Shown: in pieces, positions 38,180 through 51,902 of the stretch
How positions within the stretch are numbered: the stretch's first letter is position 1
Layout: every line of letters starts with the position of its first letter
From: Phoronis australis
Lineage: Eukaryota > Animalia > Phoronida
NCBI GenBank assembly: GCA_002633005.1
Contig: NMRA01000556.1
Span: 124,001 to 188,000 of the forward strand
DNA length: 64,000 bases
Direction: 5' to 3'
Notes under the pieces: generated by a model
The model's input: only the letters and a program-made list of their open reading frames with translations
What the model was told of the DNA's origin: nothing
The model's database searches: none
Position numbers and translations under genes: made by a program

Positions 38180-41100
38180 ACTTACAGCACTCTGTATTAT
38201 CTTGCACCGGATTACCTAGAACGCAGGTTTGTTACGGCTTCATCACCTCTGGGGAAAAATACCAGATTTTCGGATCGTGCCAGTGTTCGCCCACCACGTG
38301 CACGAACCGTGTACTACGTAGGGGTTCTGAGTGTACATGTGCATTATTCTTGAACAAATTATCTATGAACGTCTGGAGATATCGCTAAGTTGGTTAAAAG
38401 TTATTCAGAACTACCTTTTGGTGCTATCAAAAATGAATAAAACGAAATCGAAATGGTATTTTAGAACACTATACCAGCGTTTTTGACATTTTGTTTTGAA
38501 CGTTTATATCAATCGGCATTTGATCAAGTTAATGGTACGGTGGTTTTGCTATGAATTTACCTTTCAATTTTGAAAAGTTCTTCTAGTAACGCACGGTCAT
38601 GTGACCCGATTCACTACACATTTTTGTAAAATCACAATCTAGATTTCAGCTCTGTGAAAGTTATATTTTTTAAAATTACCAAACCTGTTGTGTAGATATT
38701 TGACTAAATACGCAGCCTCGCCGATAAGGCACTAAATAGCCATCAACATCACTCCACATACTAAATAGCCATCAACCTCACTCCACATACTAAATAGCCA
38801 TCAACCTCACTCCACATACTAAAGAGCCATCAACCTCACTCCACAATTTCTTATGCAGACTATTCTCGATGACATTTTAGAAACAGTTTATTGTGTTTTG
38901 ACCACACCCATCCTGACTCTTGTAATAATTGAGTAGTTGGATTCATGTGTGTATGCGATACTTTTAAAGTATTTCATTATTATTTGTAATATATTGTCCG
39001 CACCGTGTAGGAGAGCACGCATAAGCTTCATTGATTTATGTGGCTGTATAAGCTAATCATCTACGCAGAATACAATTTTTGTCGTTTTCACCATCACCAC
39101 CGTCATGAGTCCTCCGTCGTCGCCATTATGTTCCAAACAGAGTGTATTTTAAATGTTTGACGTTTTCCACGTGAAAACAAGGTGTAAATTATTTCAAATT
39201 AAATAGTAGTCACAGCTTTTGAAACATCTACGAGTACTTACCAAAACATTTTGTTACATAAATGTTCAAACTGTGTCTACCTCCAGGAATTTGTCAAACA
39301 AGATTACCACACGATGTTGCAGTATATCACCTTTGTCAATTTTTTCTTCTTCAGAAACCGTACAGTTGCAACAGATTTTTTGTTAATTACTGTCTGAAAA
39401 GTGCCAACAAATTCGGGCCATTTAGATCAGTTGGTATTCACAAATAATAGTAACTAGTTTCGTTAAGCTTAGGACAGAAGACTTAAATGAAAGAAAATAG
39501 ACATCAGTGAAATACAAATCCCGAGAAAAATAATGGAGTGGCATTTTTGCCGATTTTAAATAAAATTGTTACTAATAATAATCTTTGCTTACGCGTACAA
39601 GGCTCGTTAAACAATATTGAGAGAATTGAAACAACAACCGTCTCACTGTCTTCTAAAATCTTCACGCTGGTAACATCTATATACATTAAATAATCAGACA
39701 CTAATTACTGGAGTCTATTGAAATATATATGCTAACCGCTACGTGGTCAGGATTTTTTCCTAAGCATGCTACTTTCTCCGGCCAGGCTTTATGTAAACAA
39801 TATTTCTAATTTTGCGAAGATGCATCTTACCGATTTTGATATATATTTAGACGTTAAACTGGCAACAGAAAGGTTTTGGGCCAAATTATAAAACCATTGT
39901 AAACAGCGTCAGTGGGTTCTCATGAAACACTACATGGAAATATACGTTTAACTTCGCTTAAGCACACCCAACGGATTTCGCTGACTTTAAAGTCCTTATC
40001 TCAAAGGTCAATCTAGTATAAAAACTTAAGAATATATACCAAATTAAGTAATATGTAACACGGCATATCCTTTCTGTTATCAAACGAAAAGCCTTTTTGA
40101 GAACAGTTTTGTACCTCGGCCGAGACAAAGATTTTATAGATAGTATCTTTTGGCCGAGATCAGAAAATCCTCGACTGTTCCCGTTAAGTTCCGTGACCCG
40201 AGTTCCTGAGCATCAGTTAAGAAGGAACGATTAATGAATCACGGCCATGTTGTCCTTGAAAGCGTATTGACATTGCCGTGAGTGTAAATGCGTTGTTACG
40301 TTGTTTAGTTGTTTTTGATTCTAATTTTGGTTCTTTTTATACAAACTTGATTTAGTATTGTCCAAATTGCATATGACGAATGGTATTTAAGGAATAATCA
40401 CAAGTTTGTGAAGTGCGTCACATCTCCTGCAGCTAACACTCGACTACTGAGGTTAGCCCTTCACGACTCAAATTTCGCCAACGGTACATAATAAATTAGA
40501 GGAAACACTTTTTAAATCAGCAAACGTGTTATCTTCATTGCCATATCGTGAAAGTGATGCCAAGTACCAGCCTGAGTGAGAAATAGCCGCGTGACTACCC
40601 GGACGTGTGAATGCACGTGACAACAAATCGGCACCGGATTTAGTGCCCGTTCTAAAATGTGAAATAGAAAAAAAAAATCCTCACACGGCGATTTTTCAAC
40701 AAACAAAAACAAGTTTTATCTCAAAACAGTGAGCTCCCTCCTCACATGCAACAACGCACACCTGTGCTTGATTTTGCTGCCCGGACAGGGTAAACGGCGA
40801 AGTAATTCCCTTGTACTTACCGTGGCGCTTTGTCAGGAATATAATCACTTGCTTAACTAAATTTTAAAATCTGACAAAAACTTACAATAAATCCCTATGT
40901 AAACATATAAATTCCGCGACGCAAACGGGGGATATTGAATTGTAGTCAATGAGCCTAATGTCGGCGATGGGAAAATATTGCAGTGTTAGGAGCATGACGC
41001 AGTATTTCTTAATCTTTGTCACACGAATTTTATTCATTCAAGGCCCGGGCAGCTAATTAATGTGTTCATATTGCCCAGCACACCACAAATGTCCTCGCGC

Positions 41101-41650
41101 GGCAGCCCAGACGGTCCAGATCCGCCGGGTATCAGCTTATACGAATGTTTGTATGTGAGTGGGAATTATTCCTTTTATTTTAAATTCATCAATACTTTCA
41201 TTATACCATTTGGCGCCATGGCAAGTTTTCTTACTGAAGTTGTTTCGCTGCCAAATGGTATTCTGTCGTTCACTGTTGGCAGCCTCCTGCCCGTAACGGA
41301 AGTCGCGGGAGACCACTGCCGGTATCTTAGTTTTCACCTAAACATATTTTCGTAATTTTCACAAGTTTAATCGTCAGAACATTATAACTGTATAGCAATT
41401 TTATTCAAATACTTTGAAATTGCGTGTTCATTGTTCTGTTAAATACACTCGGTGAAACACGCTTAGCCTAGTCACCGTAGTCAGTCTGGTTATTCAGTCG
41501 TTGGCAGTGTCTGATTTTTTTGTGTATGCGGCATTTATGATTTGAACCATTTATTTTGATAAGACAGCCGGGGACGACATGCCATCGACTTTCGCCAGTG
41601 CAGTGCTATAGGTCGGTCCGCACCGGGTCATCAGTTGCAGGTCCGAGTCC
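38180..41650 (-). pseudogene. CTLD pseudogene segment E2
   Basis: HCTGESRW..HKC (41.6 kb); GRRLPTVND (41.27 kb); RRIWT (41.12 kb); PICCHV..AGTWHHF..LLI* (40.63-40.51 kb); RFLKKKKLT..ATSC..PGGR (39.37-39.27 kb); VVGEH..DEAV (38.3 kb). Confidence 0.6.
38731..38845. repeat. 29-bp minisatellite, 4 copies
   Basis: ACTAAATAGCCATCAACCTCACTCCACAT head-to-tail. Confidence 0.95.
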
Positions 41651-42701
41651 GGCAAAATAATTTCTATCAAAATTTATGTAGCCACATTTTGTCAACAGTT
41701 TCAATACAAATTGTTCATGCTTTGGTTTTATTAAAGTTATGGTTCGCTGTCGTTTATTTTATCCCCGTCTACAGGCTGGTAACAGACGCAGCTCCAATCG
41801 AACATCCGGCGTTCTTAAGCCTGGGTTCCTGAATGAATTGTACTTCCGGTTTCGCGGTTATTTCAAAATGGCGGCGTTTTTCGGTTCAGAATCAAAAGTG
41901 GAGCTTTTATTTAAACTTTCTTTGAGTACGGATTGTGTATTGGTTAAATGATAGGCACTGCTTGATTCTTTATAAATTCTTCTAACTATTTAAAAACGTG
42001 TGCTAATAGGACATTAATGCGATGGCTTTTAAAATTACTGTGGTCTGTTTCAATAAGACTTGAGCCAGAAATTTGATCTTATGATCCACATAACTGTTCT
42101 TGAAAAATATTGTAATTGAATTTAGCAGAACACTAAGCTATCTGAGACTATACTAACGATTGTTAATTATTTGCACGCAGTCACGTGCTAATGATCACAA
42201 CACTAAACCTTCATGTTTGGTTGTTTTGAAGTGGGAGCAGACGCCAAAAATATCTCCACAAATACACGTACCGTGTGTTTTTTTTTCAAAAAGCGTGTAA
42301 TTATTTGTTTTCGTGACATGAAAGCGCACGCTCTTAATCTTCTTGTTTAGAGATGTGTTCAACCAGCATTCCGTGTCTTTTAATCAACTTTGACCTAAAA
42401 AGTATCGCTTGATTGAGTACACGTCAACGTCAATCATTTTCTAGCGACCGTTTTGTGATGCTTGACGGCCATCAATAAAAAGCATTTAGCGGTTCACAAG
42501 GAAAAAAACAAACTGAAATATATTTGCCATTCGTTTTTAGAAGTTTTTCTGAAAGCAGCCTTTGAATAGATATTGACAAATCTTCAGTTTGAAGAAATGC
42601 GTAAGAACAGTTAAAGCTATCATAATCCCAAGCGAACTTTTAAATTTGATCAGTTGCCTCTTTAAAATAGTCCTCAGCGTGTTCCTTGCTTTGATGAGTT
42701 C

Positions 42702-43015
42702 GTTGAAAACACCACTAAACTTTTTTTTTGAAAGCTTGATACTAGTTCGCTGGTAATGTCGGAACAATCTCTTTCTTGAGGTGTGCAGCTATGTAGTAAA
42801 ACATCGAGAGACATGTCAAATTAAAACACTAGCTTTATTATTATTATTTGCCTGATAATGATACATGTTGTCTCGAAATAAAGCTAGTGTTTTAATTTGA
42901 CATGTCTCTCGGTGTTTTACTACATAGCTGCACACCTGAACAAAGGAGATTGTTCCGATAATACGAGCGATACAGTATCAAGCTTGCAAACAAAAACTTA
43001 AGTCGTGTTTTCAAC
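42702..43015. repeat. Long inverted duplication (palindrome, 37-bp spacer)
   Basis: Arms 42702-42839 and 42877-43015; the inner 61 bp differ at a single base. Confidence 0.95.
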
Positions 43016-45631
43016 TAAGTTTGTGTAAACGAAGGGCTGCTACCGAACTATACTGCTTTGATGAGGAGTAAATTTTGGGTTTGCAAACAATCAGAAGCCC
43101 TAAGACAAGGCTGGGCGCATAAAACGACACGCCGTGTCAAGTAAACTTGTACACGCTGATATCAAGCACTAAACAAGTATCAGTTCTGTCAAAGCCCTGA
43201 TATCACGAACATTTGCATTCCAATTTCACCAATAAACATTTTGAAACCAGTTTCAAGAGAGCAAGTGTCCTAAATTAACATTTGGTTCCTGTCATAAAAG
43301 GTGAGTTTACACCAGTAGGCGCCCCTGTACAAGACATGAGCTGAATCACTCTCTTTAAAGAGTCGCCGATAATATTTTTCCCAATTTGACTTGATGAGAA
43401 ATTCCTTGTGACTTGACAATTTGTGAAAGTATATCTGAAATGGGCCATTATTTGAATGAGAACAGATAGACGTCGTCCTTAAGAAGGGACGAATACCTCT
43501 GTTGTAAAATATTATACTTTGCCTCTAAAAATAGGACCAATTTGTGTATTGCCGACTGGTGATCAATTGTTCCCCACACACTTTTATTTAACATACCTCT
43601 GCTGAAAAGTTAATGACGTGATTTGAAAATAGTCAAAGCTAAACTAACCCATTACACATATTGACCTAAGTTTCCCTTGGAAAAGATGGTAGTCTTCGAG
43701 AGTTTGTATTGGATTTTGAAACTTCTTTTTTTCTGAAGTACGATTTCTTTTATTTGAGAGGAAGAAATTTTGTGATGCTCGCTTAAACAGGGAAGAGGAG
43801 GGTTATTTTTTCATGAAGCAACTGTGAAAGTAGAGCATTCTATTTTTTGAACTCTGTTGCTTGACATCTGTAGATAAATCCAGCATACCTGGGCAACTCC
43901 TGTTGCTGACAGGTGTCAATCAAACTTCACTCGAGACTACACAGAGTAGGAAAGTGAGATTTGAAAGTCTCCTCAAGGCGTGACATACGATTGGTTAATT
44001 GTTGAGTCCCGTTTCGAGCAAAATATGGTGGCCGCTTGTCGTTATCTGCGTAATATAGTCGTCGTAATTGGCTACATCATAAAATGTTTTGCACAGATGT
44101 ATTCTTTGCTCAAGAAATGGCGACACACAAGGCCTACCCTCTGGGCATAACTTTTAACACATCCGGTTCATAGCTGTTCAAGTAAATCAAACTTTCATGA
44201 AATAAGTAACTTTTAATTCAGTTCATTTACAATCATATAGCGAGGAAGTACTAGCAATGTTAGGATTGTTTAAGACCTTGGTCACTAAGCAGACTTCTTA
44301 CGGCGGGATATGGTCTCATGCACTTTCCAACGCGGCCCGTAGCCCTCTCTATAATACGCGTGAGAAACAAGTTGAGATCTGTTTTATAACGGTGACATGG
44401 TCTAAGTTCAAGCTTTTTTCTTTGACGGAAGGCATGGGTTCACAACATCTTATTATCTTGGTCTTTGTAATAAAATTATGAATAACAGTTTAGAAGACAT
44501 TAATGAGTTCACAATGGAAAATTAATATTTCATCGTACTTCTGTCAGACTCTACACTGATTTGCTCAGACGGACGCCTTCAACGCCTACTGTAGAATACG
44601 TCAGTGAGTGTTGTGATCTGACATAAGAGCTCATTGAACGAACAGTCCATGTAATCTCTTGACGCGCGTAATCGCCGAGAGGATTGTTTTAAATGCGCGC
44701 CACACGGGCGTAGTAATCTGCGGTCGTTATCGAATCACGCGGAAGATAAATCGTTCGTAAATCTGCTCTCATCCGCGAAGATTAGCTAATTTTATCGCCC
44801 GTGATGGCGGATCAGAAAAAACAATTAGTTAATGGCTTTAACATCATACCTGTTACCTCACGTCACCATGGCAACGTGGAAAACTAATTAAATGTGCGTA
44901 TTGCAGACACACGCCATGAAAGATGTGCTAGGACAAATGTACCTATTTTACTCCAAAGAACAAACGTAGAAAAGTTGAACAAAGCGGACATTAAAATTGT
45001 ACGCGTGTTTCATGTGGAATTGTCTTGGGGCCTCTCCGAAGAGGGAGGCGAGTTGTGGTTAGAGAAATAACATTGACAAAGCAACTTGTGCGTGCACAGA
45101 CTAGGGATGACTTTAAAAGCAAGGGAAATTTTAGGAGACCTTTCGGACAAATCCAGGGGAGAATTCAGTAACGGCAGAGTCTCTCTAGAAAAGAAAGATT
45201 TCGCTAGATTACACGAGATGTCGCCATGAATTTTCAAAAAGAGCTCGTGACTTTGCCTAGATTTTCTCTTACATAAATAAATACCATTAGCTACAAAAAG
45301 TCTATCTACAAATCTTAATGTCTCATAGATCTCTGATCAAGACGTCTAGGTGTAATGACACCTGCAATAACTGTTTATGTCAAAGCCTATGTTTAAAACG
45401 GACAATCTTAAAATCTTTATAAAGACAGTTTGATTTGATGCACAAAATTTTCATTCTGATACCACTAAAAACGGCATAGCCTAAACGTTCTTTGTTCAAT
45501 TGTCTCCATTTCACTTATATTCGGCTGCATCGTAGCTCGGGGACCCAATTCCCCGTCAATGTCTTCTATGGGATGCAAACATTATGAAGATCGTAAAAAC
45601 GTAAACGATCCGAAAACGATCCCGAATTTAA

Positions 45632-45722
45632 GTACTCGCGCGCAATAACGCGCTTAGCACGGTACTCGCGCTCAATAACGCGCTTAGCACGGTACTCGCG
45701 CGCAATAACACGCTTAGCACGG
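45632..45722. repeat. 30-bp minisatellite, 3 copies
   Basis: GTACTCGCGCGCAATAACGCGCTTAGCACG head-to-tail. Confidence 0.95.
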
Positions 45723-47050
45723 GTAGTCAAACTTGTGTTTGTAACTAATCTGGAACCACCAATAAATTATTTTAAATGACGGCGATTGGAAGCAGCTTGA
45801 ATCAAGCCATGTTTACTGTTACCCAAAGCCAATGTTAACGGTCGCACGTCAAACGAAGACATTTATGCAAATGCAATTTGAAAAAGTACACCGTGGAGTC
45901 GGATCGATCGTCATAACTGAAGATGTAGTGTTGACCATCATGTGCTAGTGGTGGTGATGACAGTCACCCGTCGGGCTTTAAAACAAGTTGAATTATTCAT
46001 GTATTGTTTGTTAGTGATATTCACACTGACATATGGAGTGCGCAAGCATGTGATTGCTATTGGTCTATTTACTGCGAAATTTGTTCACGTTTAAAAAGTC
46101 TGGGACGGGCCAAGGAGATGCCGCCTCACATATAAAATCTAGACCAAGGCAATTCTTGAACATTGAAAGCGGATATCCGCAGCAACAACTACAGCAATTG
46201 ATAACAATCCGGTAACCGGGGTTGTAACCTGCAAAACCCTCACTGCAAAAACACATTACCCACATAGACTGGAATGAAAGTTCGGCCTTAGCAGCCGTAC
46301 AAGATAGTGTTGAAGTCAAGTTACCGATCCAAGGCAATGTTGCAAATTAAATTACCTACACCTAGACGATACTCGATGGGGAAAACACCACCCGACTGGG
46401 GGCACGTCCTTACAATCCCTATAGGCACGGGAGAATCCCCCTGGGCTTTCTGGACCACGAGGCAATACCAGCATAGATAACGGAATCCAACATTAACATC
46501 ATTATGCATATATGTGCATCTGTTCATCTGGAATAAATTCAATCCTAATTTGGCCATATGGTACACTGAGTACTAGTGATTTGACCCGAAATGTAAAACA
46601 AAATTACTTGTACCCACAAAGACGTCTTTCCGTGGCTGTTTCCAATATTGATTGCTAATAAACATTTTCATTGTTGCTACTGGTGATATTATAGTTATAC
46701 GTGTTTCTGTTATTGCTTATAGTACTGCCACCTGTTAATTGCACCCTTTGCAATGGAGAATATATTTCACAGAGAAGAGCGCTGAAGCATTGTGGGTTAT
46801 TTACGAGGTTGACATTAAACGCAATCATGTGTTTCATCGACTTCAAAAAGGTACTTCACAAGGTACTTCAACTAACCGAAATAAACAGGCACTAAGTCGG
46901 AGGTCGCCATGAATAAATAATGAGCCCAAAAATGGCATGATAGTACACTTGTAAATATTTTACAACACAAGTCCACAGACTCAGCAACGCCCAACACAAA
47001 GGGATCAAGAGAAAATTGCATTAATTTCAACAGTTAAGCTCAGTAAGATG

Positions 47051-47096
<46 letters not shown>

Positions 47097-47120
47097 CGAC
47101 GACGACGACTGCAACAACAA
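47051..47120. repeat. (AAC)n/(GAC)n microsatellite
   Basis: Direct sequence. Confidence 0.95.
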
Positions 47121-48633
47121 AAATAACGCAATGAAAATAACAAAAATGACACCGCGAACGACTACAGCGCCAACTATAATAACAAAAATAGTGTCAATGA
47201 CCGATGGCGTTCAGAATGACTACAACAGAAATGATGATCGCGATATCATTAACGATAGAAATAAAGAATTTTGTGCTGAAATACATTGCAGTTGTTATAT
47301 GTGCAATTACTATAATGTTCTATTATTATAATGTTAGATTTTACTGGCAATATGCCACATGCAGGTCCAGTTTGACGAGGTGACCGAATTCTTCGCGACA
47401 GTATCACCTTAAATTAGGGGCGTTGCATATACATGTAAAGGCCCCTATTTCTTTTCAGCGATATTAAACATTCAGCGCAGAGTGAACCCTCGGCACATGT
47501 ACATGTATGTATGACATCTCAAATGTTCTTAGTAGGGGAGATGAAACAACAGAAGACAGGCCACTCGATGTATGCAGATATCCTTCAGTGAGCTGAAAAG
47601 TGTTGTAACTATATTGTGACTTGATTATTTATTTCGAAAATTTTGAATTTTTATAGCTGGTGTACTTGTGACATTCCCGTTAATATTTTCAGAAGTCAAC
47701 CAGAGAATTGTAAAACTTCAGCGGTAAATATCTACACCAGTGCGTGGGTCTTGTGATCCACAAAAGCATGAACTTCGCTCTTTTGAATTCAAAAGTTCAA
47801 CAAATTTGTCGAGTGACGTCAAACATGTCACTTTCGATTCGTCTGAATAATGTATTGGATTACTGTCCACTAATGAAGTATATAAACAGTACCGTTATCA
47901 ATATAGGATTCTGAAGTAGGTGATTAGTATGAATAATACAATAACTTTTATTGTATTACAAATGGCCATAACAAACATTGCATTATACTTATATGTGCGC
48001 CATTACTGTCCGTACACAAGGATCCGTTCCCTGGGGGTGACCTAAAAACGAACAGCTAACAACAACTGTTGTCAGTTTGAGCGACCATATCAAAAGCCCT
48101 ACAAATAATACGACAGATAGATTTTGAATCCAATGTACAGTGTATTATTAAGTAAACGATTTTAAACAAAAGGTGCCTATATTTGAAAATTTAAAGTTAA
48201 TTAAACAAAAACTCGTCATAACAGCAACAACACTACACCAGTATCATCAGTATTTTGTTATTTTTTCTTTTGATTATTTTTATTACGATATTAAAATGCG
48301 CTACTTCTGATATTATTACTTGATGTTTTCATTTTGTTTTACAAAATAGAAGTTCGAATGCAATTTAAGTTATTTCTTCAGAGTTTATTAACTATAAACG
48401 CTATTTCAAGCTTTCTCTATAAACTGATCTTAAAATATCAATTCCCCTAACCGTATGTGTCACGCAATGACCAAGTTCCAGCCACTTCTGTATGTCCGAG
48501 AAAAAAGTTGAGTTTTCTCGCTTTTGCGTTCTGGTAGCTGTGGTCAATGTCCGAGACCCCCGTTGAAATTCAGTGCCAGCCTCGATTCATAACAATGTGC
48601 CATTTGAGTTGAACAGTAACGTAATGTCAGCTA

Positions 48634-48789
48634 CTGGGCTGCAGTGTGGCGTAGGCGCACGTAGGCGCAGCCAACCAGCTTTTGACATTTGAGCGTAGCG
48701 CCTACGCCCCGTAAGTTACGTTCAGTGCTCAAGGTGATACGGTGGGCTTTGGGCGCCTACTTACCTCTTCTTTTACCACTACAGCACTG
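48634..48789. mobile_element. 156-bp MITE with perfect 8-bp TSD (hAT/P-like)
   Basis: CTGGGCTGCAGTG ... CACTACAGCACTG flanked by GTCAGCTA at 48626-48633 and 48790-48797. Confidence 0.85.
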
Positions 48790-51700
48790 GTCAGCTAAGC
48801 AAACCAATGATCACTCAGTTAATCGCACTCTCCATGTTCGCAGTGTGTGACTTGCTCACAACGTCAGGACTTTAGTTTTGAACAATTGTTATTGTTATCA
48901 ATTTCCTTTCTATAAAGATGAACTAAAAGGTTAAAATGTCTTTTGTACACAGTAAAACATGCCAATTTGACCTCAGAAACCTCCAAAAAGGCAACATTAT
49001 CCAGCACTGAAGCCTCAATCTAAGAAGAAAGGACGTAATTCTCGGTTTATATATGACTAGAGAGTACGCCAACAACTGCTGATGAAGGACAAAACACGCG
49101 AAGAGATTTTTTATTTTTTGCTTAAGCATTCAGGAGGATTCCCTCAAGAAAACTTGGTATCGCACATGTACATGTATAAATCTTGAACATTCATTCGTGA
49201 AGTCGCTGCTGGAAACCTCATCTAATCCTATAAGCAACCCTGTTCGTAACGCATTCCGACAATAATAGTACAAGTACTATGTGCGACATGTTTCTTTATT
49301 CTGAACATACATTAGTCTTTATTTCTGAAATAACAGCTTATCCTCCACGAATGAAAGACTTTCGCCATAAACCCACTTTAAAGATCCGTCGATTAGATAA
49401 GAAATTAAAGTCTGCAGATAATCCGTTTATGAAGCAAATTAACAAGGCTTATAAAATTCATTAGACCAGATTATAACAAGTGTATTACATTGTGAATCGT
49501 ATAGGGGAAATTGTAACATCCTTGATAGATTAATCCTATGATGGTGTAGCGCTTGGATTGATATTCATATGTCACGCTGACTGGTCTGATGAAATCTACG
49601 TCTTTTTATTAACCAAGCGCCTCATTTTCATCACACTACCCTTGTGTATTTCTCAGAAAGACAATTGCTCAAATATGATCACTAATTCCCGCACATTGTT
49701 TCGGATTTTTGTTGACTTGAATTTTGATTCATTGTGATCGTTATTTCATTGCTATACGAAGGCATAAACAGTCAAAAGCACCTTAAACGGCTTCTACCAG
49801 AATACTGTAGCTCTGTTTACGGACATAATAGTTTTCGTTATTTGTATCAAGGAGGGCGTTCTAAAAGAAAGCGCTTTGAATTGGAGGAATGCACTTTCGG
49901 TGATATCGGATTAGTCACAAAAAGGTCCATTTTCTTCGATTTTGTGAAGAGATCGAGCGGAAGGGAACGCTTCTGACAAAAATGAAAACTGGTTCATTTT
50001 TGATGGTTTTTTACTTCTCTCTAAAACGTTTGAGTTTGAATTGGTTTCTTTCCCATATCTCGAAGCTTTCCTCGATTTAAATAATGTCTATTTCACTTAT
50101 TTCAGAAGTTATTTTGCGCTCTGTTTGAGGATGGAGATTTCGCATAATATTATCACTGCGCAACCAGTGTGTAGATATTTTTCGTGAAATTTTGTTTGGG
50201 CCTTTCCACATCAAGGAATAAAAGCTAAACAAATTTTGGGACGTTGCGATACGGAAGAGAATCATTTATCGACGTTCTGCAGCAACGGGTTTCATTTTAA
50301 AGACACACTGGGGTGGTCAAGTTAATACACAATGTGTTACTATTAAATATCTTTTGTATAATAATTCTATTTAAACGACTGCATACTCCACTTCAATTTT
50401 AATTGATTAAAATTTCATAACCTTTAAATTTGTGTGAGAAAGAATAGTTTAATTCATAAACACAGTTAGGTGCATGCGTTCAAACGCTGAGACGCCTCGG
50501 AAGTTTACGTTGAAAGCGCACTTCTATTGTCTGCATGAAATTCATTAAATTCATATCTTCATACAGACGCTTCACGTTAGATCTTGTCGCGAGACCTGAT
50601 TACAACTTCATTTTTATTAAAAAAACAAAACAACCGAAAAACAGACCAAAAATAAAAAATAAAAATACCTACCATCCCCGTCAATTATTGAACAAAATTA
50701 TTGCTCATTATTATTGTAATTTTCTGATTAATGATAATCATTAACTTACGTTTTTTGAATTTACTTATAACGTGGAAATTGGTTTTCAACAGATTTTAAA
50801 CCAATTTCAAATGGTTAATACTGTCCGTGACGTAGGTATCATAATTTTATTATTATCATTACGTTACTCTTATTGCAGTAATTATATTTTCTTCCTCGTT
50901 GCCATATTGTTTGCTAGAACTTCAGTAATTGCTATAACCCTTGTTATTGTTCAAGTCTAAGTTGATATTATTACATATCTACTAACATTGACATATTACT
51001 CATATCGTTATTACTATTACATCAATATTACTATTGATGTTACTGGTATTATTTTAATGCTATAAAATTGTGACTCTTATTGTCGTTACTATTTGTTATC
51101 GTTAGAAGTACTCTCATTGCTACCGCTGGTGTTTTAGTCGTCATCAATGTGATTTATTTGTTATCTTAAAATTGAAAATTGTTATATTTATCATCTTTAT
51201 TGACGTCATTACCATAATTCTGCAATCATTTTTGCATGGTTAATTTTGTTGTTATTTAATCAATACAATTTACGGTACGATCGTATTACCAAAAAACTTT
51301 CGACGATTTTACGATAGTATCATTTGCCTCAAGCTGTTTACTGTAATATGAAGAAAACACCACCGCGCGCAATCAAAGATTACGGTTACCCAGAACAAAT
51401 CCTGCGTGTGTTATAAGCTCGTTGTCCTGATCACTCGCCGGTTAATCTCAAATTTCGATCAAACATTTTTTCCATGAATATCTTATCTATGTTAATAGTT
51501 GGAGTATCTCGTAAATATCTACTCTCGCAGATGTGAAATCACGCAGAGATAACAGAGCATTTGATATTCATAATCTAGTCAGCCTCGGCGGGGAATATGA
51601 TGGTATCTCGTACTGTAACTTCAATAATGGTTGCATTTAATGGTTTCTCGACAGGAGAGAGTATGATAACACCTGATTAGTTTTACTGCCATGTTGCTAA

Positions 51701-51854
51701 TCAGCCGTGTTGATGCCATTCTGTTGAAAGTTTTACCCTATTTTCGTTATTTGTCTAAACGCAAAATGGCGACAATATGCAAAGCAGGACGCATAGACTT
51801 CCAAAAACTGAGCTGCTGAGTTAATCATTGTATGGGTGTTGGTGTTTTTCATAT

Positions 51855-51870
51855 TATCGTTGTTGTTTTT

Positions 51871-51902
<32 letters not shown>
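51855..51902. repeat. (GTT)n microsatellite
   Basis: Direct sequence. Confidence 0.9.

Larger units (their letters stand above)
42850..49660 (-). pseudogene. Multi-CTLD pseudogene F (about 7-8 domains)
   Basis: CDENEALG*..YEYQSKRYTII; FKVGLW..LDEVSS..YMCD; FACFVLH..VIIGLL..AGTW; RYCLYTS..VTC..YMCR; GFSRAYRDC..GGVFP..SMWV..LGLDFICE (46.53-46.12 kb); DGQHYIFS..LWV..GDISCNLAKSF; FPTLC; FRGKV*YF..LIVCK. Confidence 0.75.

Noticed and set aside
38731-38845. 29-bp repeats (also 45632-45722, 18337-18478, 63470-63606) as CRISPR arrays
   Set aside because: Units are head-to-tail with no unique spacers, there are no cas genes, and the context is eukaryotic.
41840-41885. ETS plus YY1-like motif (CTTCCGG..AAAATGGCGGC), also near 680-730, as a housekeeping promoter
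   Set aside because: No downstream plus-strand gene was found, and such motifs are common inside DNA-transposon relics.
6092-48600. TGA codons at conserved Cys/Trp positions of CTLDs suggesting selenocysteine or a variant genetic code
   Set aside because: TGA is one substitution from TGY and TGG. The same exons also contain TAA/TAG stops, frameshifts and TE insertions, so ordinary decay explains it.
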